DNA from: Octopus sinensis
Taxonomy: Eukaryota
Length of the DNA: 64,000 bases
Reading direction: 5' to 3'
Assembly: GCF_006345805.1 (NCBI RefSeq)
Contig: NC_043010.1
Location: 55,924,001-55,988,000 of the forward strand
The translations under genes were made by a program, and so were the position numbers. The notes under the pieces were generated by a model. The model did not search any database and was not told the DNA's origin. It saw only the letters and a list, made by a program, of their open reading frames with translations. This document shows, piece by piece, positions 11,758-21,965 of the stretch. Every line of letters starts with the position of its first letter. Position 1 is the stretch's first letter.

Positions 11758-14700
11758 AAGAAAAAAAGAAGAAAAAAAACTATGTTCAGAGATAAATCTA
11801 TCAACAAAAAAATACAGACGAATACAGATCTGCTAGCCTTTAGACGCTACGCTACAAACAATGTTTACATGCAGAGAAGCCTAAACTGACAGATCCGTCT
11901 CCTAATGTAAGAGTCGAAACTCGTCATGCCTCACTGTTAACAAAACAAATTACAAACCGCAATGGTCATCGAGCGGATTACAAAAGACCATGTACCCGAA
12001 TATTGAACCAAATTCTGATTGAAAAATCAGCTACTGGTTCAAATCTTCCCGACACACAGGAGCTGGACATACCCCACAACTGGAATATTCCAACAGATGG
12101 CCATCCATGCCCGTCATCAAATAACCAAAAAAAAAAAGAAGGAAAAATGGTCTAGGAAAGATAATAAAGAAGTTCTTGTGGCCTTCTACCATGCCATATA
12201 TTTCCCCACAGATAAATCTAATGCTGTACAAACATACTTAAACTGGAGACAGAAACACCCTGAAGTAAGACCCTACACAGACAGTAACAAACTTGCCAAC
12301 GTCAGAAGAAACATTATAAAAAAAAAATTACTGACTGAAGTAGAGATTGACCAAATTAGATAAGCAGTAATGGATAAAATGAACGAAGCTGCAGTTAAAG
12401 AAGATAATACAGAGGAAATAATTATAGACCAGCCCAGGGCTAATAAAAACGCAGTAAAGATTGAAAGAGTTAGTATAAGTGATAGGCAAAGTGAAATACT
12501 CACTGAACCAATCATAAACACTAAGACAGATGAACATCAAATAGATGAAGAAACTCACACAAATATTGACCCAACAGAACATGAGCTAAAAAATCAAATC
12601 CTGATTGAATGGCTGAAAATGAAAGAAACCAGTATGGATGAACGCGATACCCTCCCAAAAATCCACAACACTAACCAAAACATGAAAATAATTGGTAAAA
12701 TCCGCCTTGCACTTAAGGATATAATTTCAGCTAATGATGTTGATATCACAGATCTCAACCACCTGTACTATGCATCCACGAAAATCTCAACGATTCTATG
12801 TGGTGAAAAGATTAGAAAATGGCAACATTCCCACAAAAAGCCTTCTTAGCAAGAGCGTATCCAACAATAAATTAAACTACTTAGGTCTGACATTGAATAT
12901 TTGAAAAACCTTAAGGTTGACAAGACTACCAAACTTACAAAAACCCCAAAATTAATGAAAAAATATAATATGAAAACTATACTTGATATTGATGCCACCA
13001 TAGAAACCATCAAGCAAAAGGTATCTGCTAAAGCTGCCCTCATAGCGAGGTATGAAAAGCATGTTAGATTCTTCAAGGAAAACAACATGTTCAAAAATAA
13101 CCCCAAAAATTTTTACAGGAAGATAGGGAAAACACCAGCTACTGTAAAGTCTGTACCATCAAAAGAAGAAGTGCAGGGAATTTGGAATAAAATTTGGGCA
13201 GAAGAAAAAACACACAACGAAAAGACCCCCTGGATTGATAGAATATCTACAGAACTGGACTCCTTAGAAGAGCAAAAGTAGGAGGGTGTCAAGGTAGAAG
13301 ATATAAGGTCTGCTCTCAGGAGGTCAAGCAAATGGAAGTCTCCAGGAAAGGATAAAATTCCTAACTTCTGGTTGAATGCCTTCCCAGAGAGCCATGAACT
13401 GCTAACAGAACTTTACAATGATGTTTTGCAACACCCTAGTAGGATGCCTCCTTGGCTAGTTAATGGGTTAACATTCCTGCTTTCAAAAAGTGAAGAAACA
13501 AATGAACCCAAAAACTATAGACCCATAACCTTCTTAACAACTATGTATAAAACGCTAACATCTGTCCTGATGGAATATACCTATAGTTTTTTAACAGATA
13601 GCAGCATATTCCCTAATGAACAGAAAGGGTGTAAACGTGGATTCTATGGTTGTAAAGATCAACTACTCATCAATAAGATGATCTTAGAAGATTGTCACAA
13701 ACGACACAAAAACTTGTCAATAGTCTGGATAGACTATAAAAAGGTTTTTATCGCCTACCACATAGCTGGATTAAGAAATGCCTGGAAATGTATAAAATAG
13801 CACCTACTCTGCGAAACTTTTTGACTGTAAGTATGAGATCATGGAGAACCACACTAACTTTGAACAGTGACAATGAATCTCTAAATGCTGGTGATGTAAA
13901 AATTTCATGTGGCATTTTCCAGGGTGACTCACTATCACCACTCATCTTTTGTTTAGCCTTAATACCTCTCTCAAAATTGCTCAATGACGCGCATACGGAT
14001 ATAAAATGTTTGATAAAAATATAAATCATCTCATTTACATGGATGATTTAAAACTCTTTGCAAAAAATGACCAACAACTCAAGGGCTTACTAGTGATTGT
14101 TAAACAATTCAGTGATGACATCAGAATGCAATTTGGCCTCGATAAGTGCGCAAAAGCTACCTTTATCAAAGGAAAAATGACAGAAACATCAAACGTTAAC
14201 CTTGGCCAGCAGCATGTCATAAAAGAGTTAGACCCAGCAGAGAACTACAAGTACCTAGGGGTAATTGAAGGGGACAGAATAAGGCATTCAGAGATGAAGG
14301 AAAGGATCAGGAGAGAATGTTATCGCAGAGTAAGAGCAATACTCAAGACAGCTGAATGCGAGAAACAGGATCGAAGCGATCAATGCTTTAGCCATACCAG
14401 TTTCAATATCGTTAACTGGTCAATTACTGAAATATGTAATCTTGACAGAAAAATATGAAAACTGTTGACAATGCATAGAATGCACCACCCTAAGAACGAC
14501 TTTATCTGCCAAGAAAAGAGGGAGGCCATGGTCTTATACAACTGGCAATAACAATGAAGATTACTACAATTGGCCTAGACACCTACCTGAAAAACTCTGA
14601 GGACTGGATGCTAAAACTTGTCTCAAAACATGAAAACAAGAAAGCATCATACTCAGTAATAAAACAGGCAAAGGAATATCTAAGTGAATTCCGAATACAA

Positions 14701-15728
14701 CAAATTTCGGAAGTAGAGATAGACATACAAGAAACAGGCACAGAAAAAGCTAAGCGCATGAAAACCCGTGCTAAAACTGCTGTCTTAGATATTCTGAATG
14801 ATAAATAGCAAGAAAAACCTCTCTTAAAGAGAGCAAATAATGCCGATGTTGATAAAGCCCTGACCCATCAATGGCTAATGTCCTCTGGCTTAAAATCTGA
14901 AACAGAAGGGTTTATCATAGCAACTCAAGATCAATGCCTACCAACAAGGAACTACCAGGCCAACATATTAAAGAACGGCAGTAGCCCAACATGTCATGTA
15001 TGTCAACAACAAAATGAAACCCTTGATCATGTTGTCTCCAAGTGCAGTCTTCTAGCACCTACAGAGTATCTCAACAGGCAATATATTCACTGGGTAATTT
15101 GCAAAAACCTGGATTTGCCCCATGAAAAAAACTGGTGGGAACACAAACCACCTCCAGTGCTTGAAAATGACCACATCTCACTCCTCTGGAACTTCACCAT
15201 TCAAACTGACAGAAAGATAGATGCAATTAGGCCAGACATCATATTGAAAGACTTCAGACAAAGAACATGCCTCCTCATTGATATGACTGTCCCAATCGAT
15301 ATAAACGTATCTGTCAAGACCTACCAAAAACTGAGCAAATATAAAGATCTTGAAATAGAAATCAGCAAAATGTGGAACCTGAAAACTAAAACAATACCTG
15401 TTGTCATAGGTGCCCTGGGAATGATAGCAAAAGATACCAGGAAACTCCAAAATGGCAGAAATTCAAAAGATAGTGCTCATGAGAACTGCTCATATCCTGC
15501 GCAAAATACTTTCTATGTAATCTCAAGTTTTAAAACAAACATAATTTTCATATGATTTTTTTAGACATTCACTAGTACAACACTAAATACAAAACCAAAT
15601 ATATGACACACTAGGCATAACAACAACATGAACTTCCAGCTTGTTGTCTCTTGAGGTCTCTGGGTGAGACTTGGAGGCAACTTGTACAAATGTAAAGCAA
15701 AAGTCAAACATAGAATAATAATAATAAT
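11758..15728 (+). mobile_element. Near full-length R4/Dong-clade LINE (RT, CCHC zinc finger, restriction-like endonuclease), inactivated
   Basis: KWSRKDNKEV N-terminus; KWKSPGKDKI, NYRPITFL, EQKGCKRG, GIFQGDSLSP, HLIYMDDLKL, FGLDKC, YKYLG; CHVCQQQNETLDHVVSKC; RPDIILKD...LIDMTVP...KLSKYKDL. Stops at 12361, 12847, 13279 plus frameshifts. (AAT)n at 15712-15728. Confidence 0.95.
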
Positions 15729-15729
15729 T

Positions 15730-15990
15730 TAACATCTGCTTTCCACGCTGGCTTGGGTCGGATGGTTTGACTGAGAACTGGCAAGCTGGGAGGCTGCACC
15801 AGGCTCCAATCTGATCTGGCAAGGTTTCTACAGCTGGATGCCCTTCCTAATGCTAACCACTCCAAGGTAGTAGTGGGTGCTTTTTATGTGCCACTGGCAC
15901 AGGTGCCATTTAGGCAGCACTGGCATCAACCAAAACTATGATTTCACTTGGCTCAACAGGTCTTCTCAAGCACAGCATATTGCCCCACGA
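15730..15990 (-). mobile_element. SINE-like repeat (ctggatgcccttcc family)
   Basis: Reverse complement matches 40130-40310 (gagcctggtgcagcctcc, ccaaccc.tgc.agc..gg). Confidence 0.75.
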
Positions 15991-16049
15991 TTGAAGGGTA
16001 CTTTTAAATGGGCCAGTTATGCAACACTGGCATCAATGATAATAATAAT

Positions 16050-16262
16050 GGTTTCAAATTTTGCCACAAGAGCAGCAATTTTGGGGGAGGGGACTAGTCA
16101 ATTATATTGACCCCAGCGTTTCACTGGTACTTAATTTATCTACCCTGAAAAGATGAAAGCCAAGTTGATCTTGGTGGAGTTTGAACTCAGAACATAGTGA
16201 CAGACAAAATATGGCTAGGCATTTCATCCGGCCTGCTAACGATTCTGGCAGTTCGCCACCTT
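16050..16262 (-). mobile_element. tRNA-derived SINE, family A
   Basis: Minus strand reads ggtggcgaactgccagaatcgttagc...ttctgagttcaaactcc (A/B-box-like). Further copies at about 16543-16740, 27615-27810, 33345-33550, 39010-39185, 43990-44170 and 58150-58330. Confidence 0.85.
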
Positions 16263-16989
16263 GAATAATAATAATAATAATAATAAAATGGTTTGTCACA
16301 CATATTGAGAAGAGCATTTTTGCTGGGATTTTCTTTCTTTTTCCCCTTTTCCTTTTGATTTTAATTTTTTCTTTTATTTGGTTTGCTTTTCCTGTTCCTT
16401 TTTCTCTTTTTTTCTCTCACAAAATTTGACTTTAGTGCATTTATTTTAATGGCCTAGTGTGTTTCTTTGCCCTAGGTGTTGGGAAGACACTTAGCAAAAA
16501 ATGGAAGCAAAACTGAAATAATAATAATAATAATAATTATAATGTCTTCAAGTTTTGGCACAGTGGCAGCAATTTCAGGAGAGGATCTAAGTTGATTACA
16601 TTAACCCTAGTGCTCAACTAGAATTTATTTTATCAACTCAGAAAGATGAAAGTCCAAGTTGACCTCGGTAGAATTGAACATAAATATGGATAAAATGCCT
16701 CTAAGCAGTTTGTCCAGCAGATTCTGCCAGTTCATGGCTGTAATAATAATCCTTTCAGCTATAGACACAAGGCTTGTGAGTGGGGCTCGTCAATTAATTA
16801 ACCCCTATGCTTAACTGGAACCTATTTTATCAACCCTGAAAGGATAAAAAGCAAAGTCAACCTTCGTGGCTTTGCCTTAATAAAATCTCATCTTTGCCAA
16901 TATTAATTGCTGTAAAAGTTGTTTTCTGCAAAATGTTAATTTCTTTCGACTAAATTGCCATCTATAATTCTAATTTGTCTATTCTTCAG

Positions 16990-17131
16990 AAGTGACGATG
17001 TGTTGCGACATCATATGGTAACACAAAGTGATGGTCTGTTCTATCTGGACAAACAACCCTACCCGTATCTCGATTCTATCGTACTTTACCACAGAAAGCA
17101 TAAACTCCACGGTATCAAATTAACACAACAG
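16990..17131 (+). CDS. Coding exon of the SH2-domain protein (C-terminal half of SH2)
   Basis: attcttcag|A acceptor and CAG|gtaaat donor; SDDVLRHHMVTQSDGLFYLDKQPYPYLDSIVLYHRKHKLHGIKLTQQ; phases compatible with both neighbouring exons. Confidence 0.9.
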
Positions 17132-17701
17132 GTAAATCTTTAACCTTTCTTCCTGATTACTTTCAAACATTTTCATTTATTAATGTTCTTCTTGTTGTTT
17201 AGACTCAGGTTATTCCTAATCTAGGAGCCATTTTGATCAAAAGTATTCCTATTAGACCATTCTGTCGTTCATCAAGAGATAGTGAATCCATGATCAATAC
17301 ATTCCAGCCATGACCAATCTTTCAATTCAGAAAGGCTGTCATTTGGTTTCTGTTGTTGTCTGATTCAACAAGCCTATGATTAAAACTATTCCAAATGCAT
17401 CTCTCCTATCTTTTATTCAGGCATAGTGTATCTAGGAATATATAGCCTATTTTGTAGCTGTCAGTGTTAGTGTGTCCCAACTGTGACCAAAAATTTCTCT
17501 TTCCAGAGTTTAACCAGGATCACATTACTCAATATGGCCTTCCTTTTTATGTTTGTAGGTTTTGATTTGAGGGAGTTTTAGCTGTTACTTCTAGCAATTT
17601 GAGCAACTTCTAAGAAACAAGTTGACTTGTAATGTTTGGATGAAAAGTTTATGTAAATAGTGAGATTTGTTGATCTTAGCAAATATTTCCTCTGTTTTCA
17701 G

Positions 17702-17827
17702 GCTCCGCTGAGTGCCAGAATTGTGAAATGCTTTGCTGCAAGATTCGCCGCCAACAATGGCAACATTCTGCCTCAAGAAACTGAAGATAAAAACAAAATG
17801 TTTGAAGAGACATTATCTCGTTTGTAA
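17702..17827 (+). CDS. Probable last coding exon of the SH2-domain protein
   Basis: ctctgttttcag|GCT acceptor, phase 0; open frame APLSARIVKCFAARFAANNGNILPQETEDKNKMFEETLSRL then TAA at 17825-17827. A possible donor (tt|gtaaag at 17824) overlaps the stop. Confidence 0.75.
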   Translation, partial: APLSARIVKCFAARFAANNGNILPQETEDKNKMFEETLSRL

Positions 17828-17833
17828 AGGAAA

Positions 17834-17877
<44 letters not shown>

Positions 17878-18779
17878 TGTGTGTGTGTGTGCACGCGTAC
17901 ATTAGCGTTAAAGAAATTCTTTCTACTTAATCTGTATTCTTAATTAAAATTATTTTTTCACTTGTTTGTTGTTTATTATTTCAGTTGATCAACGCCTTAA
18001 CATACACACACATGCAATACCATTATATACACACTGCACTTGATCAACACCAAGTGGATATATATTTGTAGGTCATTACCAATACCATATATATACCAGT
18101 TGGCCAACAACTAGTGTGTGTGTGTGTGTGTGTGCGCGCGCGCGAGCAATGCGTTTAAATTCAAATTCTCAGTTTTGTGTGCCTATTAAGAAAAAAAGTT
18201 CTTATTGTACAGTTATCTCCCTTTCTCTACTCTCCCGAGAAAGAAGAAGAGATTATCGATGTGAAAAGTGTAAATAAATGGCAACTGTAACCAGCTTGTC
18301 GCCGTCGTCACAGTCAATCGACTCATACAGCTCCATTAAAATAGGGGGGGGGGCGAGTTACTATGGAATGTGTCAGAGCTTAAAGAACATTTCAGAGTGT
18401 TGTCGCATGAGACGGGAGACAACAAAAAGATGTCAGAGGAGAAACCTGTAAAAATTCAAAACAAACCGCCCAACCAATAGCATCACTTAACCAAACTGCA
18501 TCCCACCGGTGTGTGTGTGTGTGTGTAAAAATTCCGTCTCATGATGCAATGTAATGGGGAATTACGATAAGTACTGAGGCTGGATTACCATTAAAATTCT
18601 GATTTCAACTGCAACTAAAACAAGAGTGGTGCTTTGGCTGTCGAGCAGAGAATGGCTACAAGTGGTTCATCATAGATGCTTATTGGGAAGACAAAAATGA
18701 ACAAGCAAAATGTGAGGAATTACTTTAGAGCGTGGAATTTAAAATTCAAACATAGTTTCAGGGATTAAGAAATAAGTCT

Positions 18780-19260
18780 GGGAGAAGTTTCACGCATTAT
18801 TTCTTAATCCCTTATTTACTCGAACGATTCTACAATTATAACCGGTTGACTTATGGCCTTTCTAAAATATGGAGGAGGAAAGGAGCTTGCCATTCGGTGT
18901 CAACAACTGGGGATTGTTTCCCTTTGGCTATCGATCACAAGTGATCCTATTATCTTGTGGGTTCCAGTAGGCCAGCAGGAATTTCTTGAAATGCAAGAAC
19001 GGTCCGAAGACCTCCGTTCTGGAGTTAAGGATATTCCCCGGGTCGAGGGAGTCCTTTAGAATCCTTCCACTATACATAGTTTACAACGTATGGAGGAGCC
19101 TAGATTTTCGAGGATTCTCCATGCTATTGTGTATGGAATCGCTTCGTCTTTCAGCTGCCATATATGGCTGCCTAGTGACGTAATGTATCGCCATAAAGCT
19201 AAGCGCTTTGTGGACGTGAAACCCAGGGCAATCCCATAAAGAGGCCTTATCTAACTTTAT
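18780..19260 (-). mobile_element. Penelope-like element 3' fragment (C-terminal part of GIY-YIG domain)
   Basis: Minus strand TSLGSHIWQLKDEAIPYTIAWRILENLGSSIRCKLCIVE and later HFKKFLL match PLE endonuclease C-termini. Confidence 0.75.
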
Positions 19261-19539
19261 TTATATTATATACTTCTCTATAACTTAGAGTGTCCTTTTT
19301 TTTTCTCGGATTTATGGTTTACCGACGATCCATCTCGCTCCCTGGCCAGTGTTTTACAAAGACCACGTGGTTTGTGTTAAATAGCTGACCAGCAGGCCAC
19401 GCTTATACATATTACGGAAACACTTGGTCTCTCATGAATATGAAACGTTTTGACCTTGACTACACCACTGAGAATATACCTATACCATCTAATGAGCTGT
19501 AGCCTCGAATACTGCTAGAAGAAATGATGGACATAATAA

Positions 19540-19950
19540 AGTGAATGAGCTGTCAGAAACGCTAGCACGCCGAGTGAACTGCTTAGCGGTATTCCGTCTG
19601 CCGTTACGTTCTGAGTTCAAATTCCGCCAAGGTTGACTTCGCCTTTTATCCTTTCGGAGTCGATAAATTAAGTACCAGCTACGCACTGGAGTCGATGTAA
19701 TCGACTTAATCCGTTTGTCCGTCCTTGTTTGTCCCCTCTGTGTTTAACTCCTTGTGAGTAGTAAAGAAGTAGGTATTTCGTCTGTCTTTACGTTCTGAGT
19801 TCAAATTCCGCTGAGATTGACTTTGTCTTTCATCCTTTCGGGGTCGATTAAATAAGTACCAGTTACGCACTGGGGTCAATGTAAGAGACTTAATCCCTTC
19901 GTCCCTGTTTTCCCCCTCTATGTTTATCCCCCAGTGGGCAATAAAGAAAT
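19540..19950 (+). mobile_element. Dimeric family-A SINE
   Basis: Head at 19540, body, tail ...gtagtaaagaagta, then the body restarts at ggtatttcgtc (about 19771) and ends gggcaataaagaaata. Confidence 0.85.
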
Positions 19951-19954
19951 AAAT

Positions 19955-21965
19955 TAGGTGAATGAGATGGAAAGCCTTCTACTACGACCTAGCCACGCCA
20001 TTCCCGGAGAGCAACACCTATGGGATCAAATCTAGGAAATATCCAACCCAAGATCAAGGACCTTGAGGCCTTTGAAGCCGACCTACAAGGCATCCTTTCC
20101 AAGCTAAAATTCCATAAGCCCTCTTGTTTCTTCCAACGTAACCTCGGTGCCAACATCAGATTGCTAAGAAACTCGGATAGACCCCTAACCTTTTCGGATA
20201 AGACTACAATAAAATAATATTACACAGAATTATAGGCGCACTTCCCCACCACACATACAACATCAACTGTGAAGCCAAACAATTAACCAACGACTTAGAT
20301 ATAGCTGAAAGGGTAGAGATCTTAGATAAAAGGAACACCTTTATTACCATCAAAGATAATAAACCAAACTTTGCCTCAAACCTTAAATGCCGCCTGATTA
20401 ATCCGGCCAAATCCGAGATCGGTTTAGCGAACAAGTATATATTGAGAAACATCAATAACGACATAAGAAGAGCCACCAACCTTTCGCTATGGTGTAGCAC
20501 CAACGAGGTGATTGCATGGTTGAATACCAACAAGGGGAGGGGGCAGAGCAAAATTCACCCAGGTTGAAAGTCGATTTTTACCCATCTATATCAAAAGGGT
20601 TACTGGTCATGGAGCTTTCCTTTGCTAAGAGCTTCACTGAAGTTAACGACAGAGATATAGAAGTCATTATGCACGCCAGGAACGCAGTACTATTCAATAA
20701 CGGTTCGACCTGGGTCAAGCAATCCGACCCCGCGGGCTCCTTTGACGTAGCGATGGGGTCCTATGACAGCGCTGATATATGTGACGTCATGGAGTTGTAT
20801 ATCACTGATACCCTTAAGAGAAAGTTCGCCTCTGTCCTCTTTGGTCTCTACAGAGATGACGCCCTGGCCATCTTTAGAGAAGCAAAAGGGCCTACCCCAG
20901 ACAGGCTTAGGAAAGATCTAATTAGCACACTTGGATCTATGGGACTGAAAATTACCTTCGAGACCAATCTCACCCCGCGGACTTCTTAAGACGTCACGCT
21001 CGACTTGGGCTCCGGTACACAAGGGCCCTATCGCCAAATGAGAGGCTGACGTACATCAGCACAGCCTCCTGTCACCCACCCATTGTATTCAAAAACCTGG
21101 TGAAGAATGTTAGCAATAGGATCACGAACCTTTCCTCCAGTCAAGAGATTTTTTTGATGCAGCAGCCTCCTACTACAACGAGGCTCTAGCTGCTACCGGA
21201 TTTAGGGACCGCATATCCTACATGCTGGGCCCCAACATCCGTAGAAGTATCGCAGAAATATCATTTGGTTTGTCCCCACCCTTCTCTCTTAACGTAGAAA
21301 CGTCTGTAGGTAGGATATTCCTTAAGTTAATAGATAAACATTTCACAGGTTCACATAGGTATAGACACATTTTCAACAGGCACAACCTTAGGGTCTCTTT
21401 TGGCTGTGCCCCCAATGTTAAGAGCGTTCTAGTTAACACCCCTGGACCACTAGCGGAAGCAACATGCTCATGCATGGACCACAACAGATGCCCAGTGAGA
21501 GGCCACTGCGAACCCATCAGCAGCTTGCCCAACGGCTACTGCAGTAGCAAGCTCCACGGTTGCAATAGTCTCAGCAGCAGAGACACGAATAGAACCAGCG
21601 ATAGCAACAACAACAACGACAGCATCGCCAAACGGAATTAGCCATTGATGTCTATAACAGCAGTGACAGCAGCTCCATCAACGATGACGACCATAGCAAC
21701 AACAACAGCACCATTACCAACCCCAGTAGTGACGGGAGAGACACCATCGTCAACACCCGACCACGGAGATGCATCGGTTGCTCCGGTAACACATTCAAGC
21801 AACGCCTCTCCAACCACGGATCCTACTTCAGAAGGCCGGCCAAGTTTTTAAAGTACTGATGTAATCATTAGCAGGAAAGGAACCTACGTGATCGTCTTAT
21901 TGTTGACAGAGCGGAACGTCAAGGATGTAACAGCAAGAGAGGAATGCTCCAACTCTCGGCTGGCA
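19955..21965 (+). mobile_element. Penelope-like retroelement (RT plus GIY-YIG), 5'-truncated and frameshifted
   Basis: RWKAFYYD; FSDKT; IKDNKPNF..KCRLINPAKSEIG; DFYPSIS; FDVAMGSYDSADICD; FGLYRDDAL; PPFSLNVET; CSCMDHNRCPVRGHC; CIGCSGNTFKQRLSNH. Confidence 0.92.

Noticed and set aside
19426-19455. ggtct-CTCATGA-atat-GAAACGTT-ttgacc hammerhead-like string
   Set aside because: Core G mutated, no stem II and a mismatch at the base of stem I; at most a dead relic.
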